A stretch of DNA of 64,000 nt from an uncultured Gemmatimonadales bacterium (GTDB lineage Bacteria > Gemmatimonadota > Gemmatimonadetes > Gemmatimonadales > GWC2-71-9), in assembly GCA_963779755.1 (NCBI GenBank), contig CAVZZO010000003.1, positions 1,408,001 to 1,472,000 of the forward strand, read 5' to 3'. Position numbers and translations under genes: made by a program. Positions 44,291 through 55,424 of this stretch are shown in pieces (position 1 is the stretch's first letter; each line of letters starts with the position of its first letter). The notes under the pieces are model-generated. The model worked only from the letters and a program-made list of their open reading frames with translations. It did not search any database and had not been told where the DNA came from.

Positions 44291-46266
44291 TCAGTCAAGC
44301 ACCGGTATGCCGAGTCCTGCGAGGTAGCAGAATGTGCTGTCATAGAACGAAGGTGCGCGCGTTGTATCGGCGGAGTCGCCATTCGGTACGCAGACAACCA
44401 TCCCCTGTCGTGCACGGGTCAGGAGAACCCGGTACGCGTTACGGAGGTACTGCTGGCGCTCAGGCTTGTTCACCCGATTCCACTTGCTCCCGCGAAATGT
44501 GTAGTAGTTCCAAGCCCCGCCCGCATACCTGAGATCTGCATCCCAGGTAACACAGGTCCAGTCCAGCTCAAGCCCCTGGACCTGGAACTCTGTTGCAGCA
44601 TCCTCCAAATAATAGGGACGAGCGCGTATCCTCGGGGCCATTCAAGAACCAGTGGATCGGATTGACCTCGACGCGAACATCTATCGCAAGAGGCTTCAGT
44701 CTCTGAGCATCGGACGACACAACTAGGCCGTAACGCTCCGATCCCCGCCCGTGCTCTCTAAGCCAGCGCCTGGCTAGGCCAAGATCTCGGGTAAGTGCTA
44801 TCGGATAGCGTCCTGCCATAGATGAGAGTATTTCCTGCGCTCCCACCTCGTCCAGATCCAATACGGTCTTCACGAATCTCGAGACATTCTCACTGCGGAA
44901 TGAACGCACGGACACGGCGAGATGGAGCCTGGCGTCTCTGACTACGTGTGGCCGGCCTTCTAACGCGTCCAGTGCCTTGCCAGCTCCATATTCGCTGTCA
45001 CGGAGTTCGGGAGAGATATCAGACTTCCCAGTCCGGAAACCCGTCGCGTACGGCCTCCAGCCAGGCCCCGATCCCTGCTTCTCCGCGATTGATCTCCTGA
45101 CCACCGCCGACCAGGCAAATAACGACGGCCCAATCGGGCTGGCGATCCATGTAGGACAGTAGGAACTCTGGCTCCGATTGACAAATTCGGGATGGCCCTT
45201 CTTTCGTTTCATGAAGTCGGCGGTCATCTTCCGATTCCAGGCGCGCTGGGCCTCATCGAAGATGACGACGTGATCTGCTGGAGGGCCGGCATTGTTCAGG
45301 CCTTCATCTCGAAAATGATGGACGTTCTGGATGAAGGACTTTACCTCTTGACCAGCCTGCCCCTTCCGCACCTTGAGTCCTTGGGCCTCGCGGCGCTTGA
45401 TCGCGTCTCTGGTCAGGGCCTCTCTCAAGACCTTTACCAACGGTCCATTCCCAGAGAGGTATACGGCATGCGTTGGCTCAGCCGGATCCTGCTTCCGAGT
45501 CGCGAATTCAGGCCAACTAATGTCTTGCCAGCTCCGGGCACTCCGGTCAACAAGACGATGGATTTCCTTCGCAGCTTCTGAGCGTGGGCAATCACCTGTT
45601 CTATGGTCCGCGTAGTCTCCTGCAGATCAAGGGGACCCGCCTCCGTCCGGGAGATTGCCTCGACGGACTGACCGGCAAAGAGGGCCTGGGCCGCCTCAAC
45701 GATTGTCGGTGTCGGGAAATATGGCGAGTCGGCCCATTCAATCGGATCCAATGGAAGACCACGCTGGTTCGCCAACCCGGCAAGAATGAGTTGCCGGAGA
45801 CCGACCGCATTGGCGCGGAGCGGTGGATACACCCAATCGTTGTATGGCTTGGAAAGATGGGGATCGGACTCTGGGGCCTCGGTGGCGATCAGAATGGGAA
45901 TGACACGGGCGCTGTGGCTCGCGAGGTGGAAGTTCTTGAGATCAAGAGCATAGTCCCACGCCTGCTCCAGGTCCGCCCGGAGAAAGCGGGTTTGAGCTAC
46001 CTTGAATTCGAGAACAAAGACCACATCCGCCGAGATGACGACGGCGTCAATGCGACTGCCCGATTCGAGGAACCACAAATTCGAGGTGAATCGCACCGTC
46101 GATTCCCCTGGAGCGCCGCCTTGAGGATCGGGATCTGCTGGCCCCATGCCCCCATCTGGGCCTGCTCGATATCGCCTTCGGACCTCTTGCCCAATATCCC
46201 AAGAATTGCGTCCGCATCGGCGGCGAGGAAGCCTTGAATAGACGCCGTGTAATAGGCCCGAGGCAT
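44291..46266 (-). pseudogene. DUF2075 (Schlafen group 3-like) nuclease-helicase, frameshifted
   Basis: [82 protein letters not shown] across several frames. Confidence 0.85.
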
Positions 46267-46316
46267 GCTGATGCTAGACTCCCTCACTGCTGGGCGATTC
46301 GGATGACCTGACCCGA

Positions 46317-48636
46317 TCATAAGGCCAGTTCCCGGAACCGGCAGAATGCGTTGGCCAGGCGCATCTGATCGGGCGTCCTGCAATCCGGCGCGAAGATTCT
46401 AGTGCCCGCCACTATCAGAGCAATACAACGTGCCCGTGACGTAGCGACGTTCAGCCGATTTCCACTATAGAGGAACCCCATGCCCCGAGGTGCATCCTCC
46501 GCGCTCGAGGTTGCTATGGAGTAGATGACGATTGGGGCTTCCTGGCCCTGGAACTTATCTACTGTCCCAACTCGTGCCCCGCCCGGAAGTGCATCAAGAA
46601 GAGCACTAACCTGCGCATTGTAAGGTGCGACGATGAGTACGTCTTCCAGCCCCAGCGGCTTCCGTCTACCGTCCTGGTCGGTCCAGGCAGAGCCGCCTGA
46701 CAACAGCTGCGCCATCATGGCTCTGATCAGATCGACCTCTTCGGGACATTCGTCTGGCCGGCCGGCATGCTCAGCCGGTACGAGCCTGAGACCGGTCTTG
46801 TCCAAGGGAAGCTGGCCGAAGACGCACTGCGCTTCAAGGCCGTCCCGCGACCGCAGTCTGCCCTGGTAGAAGACCTCAGAGGTGAAGCGGCAAACGTCCG
46901 GATGCAATCTCCACGTCTCGTTCAAGAACAGCCCACGATCAGGCGGCATCGTGCCCTGCCCCTGCAGCAGGTGCTCCAAAGCCGACATATCCGTTCCAGG
47001 AGGATGGATGCCCTGCTGCGGTTGCTCGAGCTGCCTCGGATCTCCCAACAGGATGAGATTGCGGGCGGCCGGTGCAACTGCCAGAGCATTCGCCAAAGAG
47101 AACTGGCCGGCCTCATCGACGAATAGGAGGTCGACTGAGCCTTGCATCTCCGGACGGCTCCAGAGCCAAGCGGTTCCCGCCGCCAGAGTCACCTTGCCTT
47201 CCTGGAGCGCGTCAGGCACGTCATCGTTGTTGCGGGCTACTACGATCTCCTTCGCGGCACACCTCTGTTCATCGCGTGCCTTCTGTATACCCCGAACTTC
47301 GACGCCTCTTGCCCTGGCGAGTGAACACACCTTCTCAAGCAGGTTGCCAATCACCTTGTGGCTGGTGGCGGTGATACCCACCCTCTTCCCTTCACCGAGT
47401 GCTTTCAGGATCATCAGAGCCCCGGTATGAGTCTTACCGGTTCCGGGGGGACCCTGGATAGGCAGGATGGTATCTCCGAGGGAGGACACCAGCCGTTCCG
47501 CAGCCGCCCCAGCTATCTCCCCATCCGCAGCGAGCCGTTTCCCTTCCGTGAGCCCCGCGACTCGAGGTCTCTTGGCCGTTAACATATCGAGCGCTGCGTT
47601 GTACGGTGCCTGACGCATCATTCCATTGGTAGCCACGAACTCCCCGAATGCTCAGCGAACTCCGCCGAAGCACACCGTCAGAGATGTACTCGTAAGGAAT
47701 GAGAGCCTCCGGATGCGGCACCTGACTATTCTTACCTCGCTGAAGGTCAATCGTTCGTTCCATGTCATCCACCCCCACGATCACCCCGGGGCTCGCGCCG
47801 GTAGTGGGGTCTGTGCGCACCATCGCCGGGATGGAATGAGTGGTCCTGCGGCGGGAATCGGTATCGGTGTATCGTTGACTTGCGTACATGCCCCACTTCT
47901 CCCAGGTATTGCAGGCCGCCCAGTGTCCCACTGTCTTCGGTCAGCTCGTCCAGCGTCATCTCGCACCAGTTGAAGTATCGCCACCACATGGCCTTCGCCT
48001 CGCGCCGATGAAACTCGAGTAGCTGGGCCAGTAGCCACTTCGCCCGTTGTTCCGGAGTCCACGTCCCGGGGTCTCACGGGAAGATCAAGGGTCAGCCGGT
48101 CTCGTACCTGCTGCACTTGCTCTAGTCGTTGCGCCTGGTCTTGATCTGGCTCGACGGAAGCGGGGGAGGCGCGTGGGATATCTTCCCCAGTCCTGATTCT
48201 TCAGCTGATCCCGAAGGGTCTCCAGCCAGTCTCGTAGCCGCTTGGCTGGAGAGGCAGTCATCCCGGTTATAGCCCTCGATCTCCTGGAGGAGCTCCCCGC
48301 CGTTCACGCTGTTGCCGCCAAGTTCAAGCCAGGCCTCGAAGCTGGCCAATGCGGCGCGATGCGCTAGAGATTGACCGCCCTCGTGAAGCCGTAGAACGCC
48401 TCCATTCTCTTCTTGATCGAATAGCTCTCCACCGAAGCCCGAAGACCCTGGTGTACGACGAGGTCCACAAACACCTTACCCCTCAGCAGCCGGTCGAGCT
48501 CTTCAATGCGGGTGTCATAGCGGCCGGCCAGTCGCTTGAGAGCAGTTTGTTCATAGGCGGCATAGTGATACACGTGGAGATCGGGATACTGTTCCAGACG
48601 GGCGGTTAGCAGATCCATGAACCATTCGAACACCTC
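46317..48636 (-). pseudogene. TM0106-family RecB-like nuclease/RNase H-like/SF1 helicase, 5'-truncated and frameshifted
   Basis: HVYHYAAYEQTALKRL, VESYSIK, YNRDDC, IQGPPGTGKT, FVDEAGQ, LLGDPRQL, GTVDKFQGQE, NRLNVATSRA. Confidence 0.85.
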
Positions 48637-51600
48637 CGATCGCGCGTGCAGGAGTCGCTTGCCTCCAGCTACACCCTGGAGCGGGAGCTGGGCGGCGGCG
48701 GCATGTCGCGCGTCTTCGTGGCCCAGGAACACCGGCTCGGCCGCAAGGTGGTGGTGAAGCTGCTGGCGCCCGAGCTGGCCGCGGCGCTCTCGGCCACCCG
48801 GTTCGAGCGGGAGATCCAGGTGGCCGCCTCGCTGCAACAGGCCAACATCGTCCCGGTGCTGGCGGCGGGCGAGGTGGACGGCCTTCCTTATTACACCATG
48901 CCGTTCGTGGAGGGCGAGAGTCTCCGCGCCCGGCTGGGCCGCGGCCCCCTCACCATCGCCGAGGTGGTGAGCATCCTGCGCGATGTCTCCCGCGCCCTGG
49001 CCTACGCCCACGAGCACGGCGTGGTCCACCGGGACATCAAGCCGGACAACGTCCTCCTCTCCGGCCACACGGCGGTGGTGACCGACTTCGGCATCGCCAA
49101 GGCGATCGCGGCCGCCGCCCAGGGCCCGGCCGGCGCCACGCTCACCCAGCTGGGCACCGCCGTGGGGACGCCCATGTACATGGCGCCGGAACAGGCGGCG
49201 GGCGATCCGGCGACGGACCACCGCGCCGACATCTACGCCTTCGGCTGCATGGCCTACGAGCTGATCACCGGGCAGGCACCCTTCGCCGGCCTGACGCCCC
49301 ACCGGCTGCTCGTGGCCCATATGAGCGAGAGCCCGAAGCCGGTGGCCGACCTGCGCCCCGACTGCCCGCCCGCCCTGGCGTCGCTGGTGATGCAGTGCGT
49401 CGCCAAGGAACCGGGTTCGCGCCCGGCCGGCGCCACCGAGCTGCTGCAGCGGCTCGACGCGGTCACCTCGCCGTCGGGTTCAGGGGCGGCCGTGCCGGCC
49501 ATCCTCATGGGCGGCCGGAACATGCTCTGGCGCGCGCTGGCCATCTACGCCGGCGCGTTCGTGGCGGTGGCCATCGTGGCCCGGGCCGCGATCATCGCCA
49601 TCGGCCTCCCCGACTGGGTCTTCCCCGGCGCGCTGGTGGTCATGGCGCTGGGCCTCCCGGTGGTGCTCTTCACCGCCTACACCCAGTACGTCGCCCGCCG
49701 GGCGGCCGCCGCCACGCCCACCTTCACCCCCGGCGGCTCCCGCTCGCTCACGGCCGGCGAGGGGACGATGGCCACGCTGGCGATCAAGGCGATGCCGCAC
49801 GTCTCCTGGAAGCGCACCGCCCGCGGCGGGATCATCGCGGTAGGCGCGTTCATTCTGCTCATCACGGGCTGGATGGTGACGCGCGCGCTGGGCATCGGGC
49901 CGGCGGCCTCGCTGCTCTCGTCCGGCAAGCTCTCCGCCAGCGACAGGGTGGTGGTGGCGGCATTCGATGCGCCGGGCGCCGACTCGTCGCTGGGCAGCAC
50001 CATCGCCGAGGCGGTGAAGACCAACCTGTCGCAGAGCAGCGCCGTGCACGTGATGCCCACCAGCGCGGTCGTGGCCACGCTGGAGCAGATGCAGCGGCCC
50101 GACACGGCGCGGGTGGACTATGCCACCGCGCGGGAGATCGCCCAGCGATCGGGTGCCAAGGCGGTGGTGACGGGGAGCATCGTGCCGGCGGGGAGCGGGT
50201 ACATCATCACCGCCAAGCTGGTGGAGGCGACCTCGGGCAACGATCTGGCGTCCTACACCGAGTCGGCGAAGGATGCGGGCGATCTCATCGCGGCGGTGGA
50301 CCGGGTGACCAAGTCGCTGCGCGGCAAGATCGGCGAGTCGCTCAAGTCGGTGCACGACGCGCCCCGGCTCGACCAGGTGACCACCGCGTCGCTCGGCGCG
50401 CTCAAGAGCTACACCGCCGGGCTCTTCGCCAACGACGTGCAGGGCGACTACCCGGCCGCCATCCAGCACTTCCGCGACGCCATCCGGCAGGACAGCACCT
50501 TCGCCATGGCCTGGGTGCAGCTCGTCCTACTCGCTGGCGTCGAAGGGCGGCACCGGTTCGAGCGCGGCAGCGGACGCGGCGCTGACCCAGGGTTTCCAGC
50601 TGCGCGACCGGCTGCCGGAGCGGGAGCGGGCCAATGTCGAGGGGGCGTACTACTGGCTGGTGGCGAACGACCGGAAGAAGGCGATTCCGGCGCTGCGGCG
50701 CGCGGTGGAGCTCGACTCCACCAATGTGGACGCGGTCAACAACCTCGCCATCGCCCTCTCCAATACGCGCGACTATGCCGGCGCCGAGCGGATGTACCGG
50801 CTGGCGATCGCGGGCGATCCGGGGAACGGCACGCTGATCACCAACCTGGCGACCCTGTACACCATGATGGGGCGGCATGCTTCGTTCGATTCGGTGATGG
50901 CGGCGGATGGAGCGCGACAGCATCCCCTTCCCCACCGCGCCCGCCCGTTTCACCGAGCTGCTGGCCGCGCCATCAGTACGACTCGGCCGAGGCGCTCGCC
51001 CGCGCCGGGGCCGACACGGCCAGGCCGGCGAACCGGCCGCGCGCCCAGGAAGCCGTGATCCAGTTGGCGGTGCTGCACGGCCGGCTGCGCGAGGCGGAAC
51101 GGATGTACCCCGCCTGGCTGGACGCGACGGCTCGTCTCCGCGGCGATTCGGTCAGCCCGTACCAGATCGCCTACTGGCATGCCATGGTGGACGGCGCCCT
51201 GCGGGGCAACACCGCGAGAGCCACCGCCATGCTCGACTCGACGCTGCGCGCCCATCCGGTGGCCTCGGAGCCGCTGGAGCGGGACCAGAGCCAGTACCTG
51301 GCCCTGGCCTATGCCCTCATGGGCGATGCGGCCAAGGCGCGAACGGTGATGAGCCAGCACGTGGCCCGGCTCGATTCGCTGGGCCAGACGCAGCAGTATC
51401 TCTGGCGGGTCTGGCTGCAGGGCGCCACCGCCCTGGCGGAAGGAAAGACCGACAGCGCCATCGTCTATTACCGCCAGAGCGACTTCGACGCCGACGGCCT
51501 GCCGATGAACAGACGGCACCGTGTGGCCCCCCCTCACGCTGGGCCAGGCATTCGATCGCGCGGGCAAGCCCGACTCGGCGCGGAAGTACCTCACCCAGTA

Positions 51601-51823
51601 TGCCGAGATGGCGGGGACCGGTCATTATAATGCGGACCCCTACAACATGGCGCCCACGCTCTTCCGGCTGGGCCAGCTGTACCAGGACGCGGGCGACACC
51701 GCACACGCGATGGAGTACTACGGCCGGTTCGTGGATCTGTGGAAGAACGCCGACCCCGACCTCCAGCCGCGGGTGACCGAGGCGAAGAAGGCGATGGCGG
51801 AGCTGGCGCCGGATCGGCGATAG
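48634..51823 (+). pseudogene. Ser/Thr kinase with TM, TolB-N-like and TPR domains; native start apparently clipped, 3' half frameshifted
   Basis: LRSRVQESL..YTLERELGGGGMSRVF, HRDIKPDN, DFG; TPR tail continues in frames 50660-, 50907- and 51521-51823 (FVDLWKNADPDLQPRV). Confidence 0.85.
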
Positions 51824-51840
51824 CCTCACCCCCTCCCTCT

Positions 51841-52359
51841 CTACCTCACCCCTGTCCCCTCTCCACTTGGTGGAGAGGGGGACCGAACCTCAGGATCCCA
51901 ACCAGCGCTTCGCGGGACACTTTTTCATTTGCCAGCCGGACAACCCGGTAACCGCGCCGAATGAGCCATTCGGTCCGTGCATGGTCTTTCGCGGTTTGTG
52001 CAGGATCCAGATGTATCGGCCCGTCAATCTCCATGATGAACCGCAACTCGGCACAATAGAAGTCGACAACGAAGGGACCAACGGGGTACTGGCGGCGAAA
52101 CCTGAGTCCAAACAGCTGCCGGTTGCGGACGAGCTGCCAGACCTTGTGCTCGGCAGGCGTAAGATGCTTCCGAAGCCCTCGAGCGATCTGCTTCCTCGCA
52201 ACCATGCGGCGGCGGATGGGGCGATGCATACGGACACGATAGATATAGACCGGCCTGCACGTCACACCATACGAACGCAAACAGAGCCGATGAAACGCGG
52301 GAATCCCGAGTGCCGCGTCCCCCTCTCCACGAAGTGGAGAGGGGACAGGGGTGAGGTAG
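51841..52359. mobile_element. 519-bp unit: DUF559 gene between 43-bp inverted A' repeats (putative nuclease-repeat element)
   Basis: 51841-51883 is the reverse complement of 52317-52359 at 42/43 positions, with the mismatch in the loop. Confidence 0.7.
51846..52229 (-). CDS. DUF559 (Vsr-like) endonuclease-domain protein, copy 1
   Basis: ARGLRKHLTPAEHKVW, FRRQYPVGPFVVDFYC, IMEIDGPIH, DHARTEWL..GYRVVR. Confidence 0.92.
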   Translation of the reverse strand: MHRPIRRRMVARKQIARGLRKHLTPAEHKVWQLVRNRQLFGLRFRRQYPVGPFVVDFYCAELRFIMEIDGPIHLDPAQTAKDHARTEWLIRRGYRVVRLANEKVSREALVGILRFGPPLHQVERGQG

Positions 52360-52435
52360 CAGCGGAGAGCGGACAATGGTAAGGCAGCGACAGAGGTGAG
52401 GGAGGACGCACTGGAGAGGGGGCCAAGGGGTGAGC

Positions 52436-52849
52436 CTACGGCACCATCCGGAACCGCTCTACATGTCTCGCCCGCACCACCCCGAAATGCCGCCGGTCCG
52501 TCGTGAGCACGCTGGTGATATCCAGGCGCTCGGCCATGGCCACGAGTGACGCATCCACGAAACCGAGCGGCAGGGACTGGTAGATGGAAACGAGATCGGC
52601 AACGCGGGGGAGATCCTCCTCCTCCTGCGGCTCGATCCGGAACTCGCCATCGGCCAGCGCGCGGACGAAGGCCTGCTCCGCCGCGGGGCCGATCCGGGTC
52701 TGGAGGAGATAGCAGATTTCGGGAAGGACAGGGGCCGGCACCAGGATGTCCTCTTTGCCGCGCTCCCACCAGCTCCGCACCCGGTTGTGCCAGGCATCGC
52801 TCCGGTCAATGAGCGCGTACAGGGGCCCGGTGTCGGCCAGGACGGTCAG
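52436..52849 (-). CDS. vapC: VapC PIN-domain toxin, probable CTG start
   Basis: (L)TVLADTGPLYAL, VLPEICYLL, LGFVDASLVA, LTTDRRHF; CTGA overlap with the antitoxin stop. Confidence 0.85.
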   Translation of the reverse strand: MTVLADTGPLYALIDRSDAWHNRVRSWWERGKEDILVPAPVLPEICYLLQTRIGPAAEQAFVRALADGEFRIEPQEEEDLPRVADLVSIYQSLPLGFVDASLVAMAERLDITSVLTTDRRHFGVVRARHVERFRMVP

Positions 52850-53082
52850 GCGTGCGGCTCCTGCCAGAGCAGGTCTTCCTGCCGCTCAGCCGTGTCCCCG
52901 CACCCGCTGGCGAACTGCCCGGCGATCGTGGGTACCCTCCGCCCGGACTCACCGCTCCCCCGCCCCAGATAGAACGCGACAGCCTCGCGCAGTACCGCCG
53001 CGAAGCTTTTCCCTTCGCGCCGAGCCGCCTGGCGCAGGCCCTTGAGGAGAGCTTCGTCGAGAAAGACGGTGGTGCGCTTCAT
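52846..53082 (-). CDS. vapB: CopG/ribbon-helix-helix antitoxin (VapB-like)
   Basis: MKRTTVFLDEALLKGLRQAARREGKSFAAVLREAV. Confidence 0.88.
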   Translation of the reverse strand: MKRTTVFLDEALLKGLRQAARREGKSFAAVLREAVAFYLGRGSGESGRRVPTIAGQFASGCGDTAERQEDLLWQEPHA

Positions 53083-53083
53083 C

Positions 53084-53117
53084 GCATATATATGCTATTA
53101 TGGTGACATACAGTCAA
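53084..53117 (-). promoter_or_regulatory. vapBC promoter (TTGACT-17-CATATA) with the palindrome GCATATATATGC; leaderless
   Basis: Minus strand TTGACTgtatgtcaccataatagCATATAtatgcgATG. Confidence 0.7.
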
Positions 53118-53145
53118 TGCCCGGGCGGCAAGGCGGGCCGAAGGT

Positions 53146-53350
53146 CGCTGCTTCGGTCGCTCCGCGCCCTCGCAATGACAGCCAGGGATGGCGCCACGAC
53201 GATCGAGACTCAAGTCCCGGTTCCCCCTTCCCAACAGGGAAGGGGGACAGGGGGTTAGGTCAGAAGGGGGGCAGGGGGTTAGGTCGAGAAAGCCAGAAGG
53301 GCCCGGAGCCCGGTCACGGCTTCGGCCCCTTCGCTGCGCTCAGGGTGACA
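53146..53350 (-). repeat. C, A (plus half-unit) and B modules in the minus orientation
   Basis: CTCGCAATGAC; TTCCCCCTTCCCAACAGGGAAGGGGGACAGGGGGTTAGG; CCCCTTCGCTGCGCTCAGGGTGACA. Confidence 0.9.
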
Positions 53351-53385
53351 GCATTGCCCCGCCGCGCCCATTCTGCCCACTCACC

Positions 53386-53485
53386 TGCCGTCCTGCGACC
53401 GAGCGGCCTTCAATAAGAGCCGCGAGGAAGTCCTTTAGGGCCGTCCTGCCGTCCTGCCGTCGTGCCGCCCTGCCGCCCTGCCGTC
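53386..53485 (-). repeat. Inverted copy of the 70-bp unit plus octamers, overlapping the nagB 3' end
   Basis: GCGAGGAAGTCCTTTAGGGCCG at 53422-53443. Confidence 0.85.
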
Positions 53486-55321
53486 TTCCACCACGAACGC
53501 CTCCATCGCGAAGTACTCCGCCAACCCCAGCCGGTCCAGGTCCGCCGCGGTGCCCTGGTTGCGCGCCTCCACCCGCTGCCAGAACTCCCGCTCGTCCGGC
53601 CCCGGGAAGGGCGCGGTGTCCTTCTGCGACTGGTGCTTGAAGATGGCCTGGATCTTGAGCCGCAGCTCCTCCTGGCTCATGGGCACCAGCCAGGTGGCCT
53701 CCGTCACCGGCCACTCCTGCCACGCGCCGCGATAGAGCCAGACCTCCGGCGCCGGGTGGCCCGCCTCCACATACTCCGCCAGCGCCGAGTCCACCGCCTG
53801 CCTGCACATGCGGTGGGTGCCGTGAGGGTCGGACAGATCGCCCGCCACGAAGATCATCTCCGGCCGCAGCTCCTCCAGCAGTTCGCGCACCCGGCGCACA
53901 TCACCCGGGCCGATGGGATCCTTGCGTACCCGGCCGGTCTGGTAGAACGGCAGGTTGAGGAACCGGGCGGACTCCTCGCTCAGGCCCAGCGTGCGGATGC
54001 CGGCCACGGCCTCGGATTCGCGGATCACCCGCTTGATCTCCTGCACCTCGGGGATATCCACGTCGCCCGGCTGTTTCCGCGCCAGCGCGGCCTCCACCTT
54101 GTCGGCCAGCTCGCTCGACGCCTCGGGCGCGATGTGCCGCTCGGCCGCCAGCCGCTGGAGGAAATCGAGGTGCCGGCGGACGTCGTGGTCGAACACCGCC
54201 AGGCTCCCGCTGGTGAGATACGCGACGGTGATGCGGTTTTCGTTCAGCACCAGCTTCCGGAGCGTGCCGCCCATGGAGATGACGTCGTCGTCCGGGTGAG
54301 GCGAGAAGCAGATCACTCGCTTCTCCCGGGGCAGTTTCGATTTCCCCCGGATCTTCGCCCCCAGCTGGTTGAACACCAGCCCGTTGAGCACGCCCGCCGC
54401 CCCGTACTGTGCCACCAGGCTGCTCAGCCGATGCTCGGCGTAGTGCCGCTGGGTGAGCTTGAGGATGGCGGTCTGGGTCTGGCGCGAGAGCCAGACCACC
54501 GCCCGGAGCGCCAGCTCGGGTGTCCATTCGACATAGCCCAGCAGCCAGGGTGTGGCGATGCGGGTGAGCGCGGCCGCCGCCGCGCCGTCGAGGTAGAACG
54601 TGGCGTGCGGATGTTCCTGGAGAAAGGTGGCCGCCACCTCGTGATCCACCTCGCCCTCGACCGCCCGGCGCACGATGTCGGCCTTGTGCTCGCCGGTCGC
54701 CAGCAGGACGATCTCCCGTGCCTCCAGAATGGTGCCCACGCCCATGGTGACCGCTTCACGCGGCACGTTCTCCTCGCCGAAGAAGTCGGCGGCGGCGTCC
54801 TTGCGGGTGACCAGGTCGAGCGTGATGAGCCGGGTACGGCTGTCGGCGCCGCTGCCGGGCTCGTTGAAGCCGATATGTCCGGTGCGTCCGATCCCCAGCA
54901 GCTGGAGGTCGATCCCGCCCGCGGCGCGGATCGCCTCCTCGTACCGCTCGCACTCGGCGGTCACCCGCGCGCGCGCGATGTCGCCCCGGGGGATGTGGAC
55001 GTTCTCCCGCCGGATATCGATGTGGGAGAAGAGGTTCTCCCACATGAACCGATGGTAGGAGTGGACGCTCTCCGGGTCCATCGGGTAGTACTCGTCCAGG
55101 TTGAAGGTGACCACGTCGGCGAAGCTGAAGCCGTCCTCCCGGTGCATGCGGATGAGTTCGCGGTAGACGCCGATGGGCGTGGAGCCGGTGGCGAGGCCGA
55201 GTACCGGGGCGGCGCCGGCGGCGCGCCGGTCCCGGATGACGTCGGCGATGCGCTGCGCGACGACGCGGGCAAGTTCCTCGTGGTCGTCGAAGATGAGGGC
55301 GGGGAGGCGTTCGGGCGGCAT
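53435..55321 (-). CDS. nagB: Glucosamine-6-phosphate deaminase fused to a PIG-L/LmbE-like domain
   Basis: LGLATGSTP, TFNLDEY, LLGIGRTGHIGFNEPGS; C-domain FSPHPDDDVISMGG, DPHGTH, KHQSQ. Confidence 0.95.
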   Translation of the reverse strand: MPPERLPALIFDDHEELARVVAQRIADVIRDRRAAGAAPVLGLATGSTPIGVYRELIRMHREDGFSFADVVTFNLDEYYPMDPESVHSYHRFMWENLFSHIDIRRENVHIPRGDIARARVTAECERYEEAIRAAGGIDLQLLGIGRTGHIGFNEPGSGADSRTRLITLDLVTRKDAAADFFGEENVPREAVTMGVGTILEAREIVLLATGEHKADIVRRAVEGEVDHEVAATFLQEHPHATFYLDGAAAAALTRIATPWLLGYVEWTPELALRAVVWLSRQTQTAILKLTQRHYAEHRLSSLVAQYGAAGVLNGLVFNQLGAKIRGKSKLPREKRVICFSPHPDDDVISMGGTLRKLVLNENRITVAYLTSGSLAVFDHDVRRHLDFLQRLAAERHIAPEASSELADKVEAALARKQPGDVDIPEVQEIKRVIRESEAVAGIRTLGLSEESARFLNLPFYQTGRVRKDPIGPGDVRRVRELLEELRPEMIFVAGDLSDPHGTHRMCRQAVDSALAEYVEAGHPAPEVWLYRGAWQEWPVTEATWLVPMSQEELRLKIQAIFKHQSQKDTAPFPGPDEREFWQRVEARNQGTAADLDRLGLAEYFAMEAFVVEDGRAAGRHDGRTAGRP

Positions 55322-55424
55322 GGAGGAAATGTAGGGGGAGTGGGCCGGGAAGGCGGCAGGGCGGCAGGGCGGCAGGGCGGCAGCCAAACATCGCTATCAT
55401 TGCGAGCCCGCGTAGAGCCGGTGA

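Noticed and set aside
44291..48636. Programmed ribosomal frameshifting in the helicase genes
   Set aside because: There are too many shifts, no consistent slippery sites, and neighbouring unrelated genes are also affected.
48364..49320. 318-aa minus-strand ORF as one gene
   Set aside because: It is a chimera of the kinase antisense frame and a TM0106 fragment across the junction.
51846..52769. 307-aa ORF as one protein
   Set aside because: Only the last 127 aa are DUF559; the rest is an off-frame reading of vapC and repeats.
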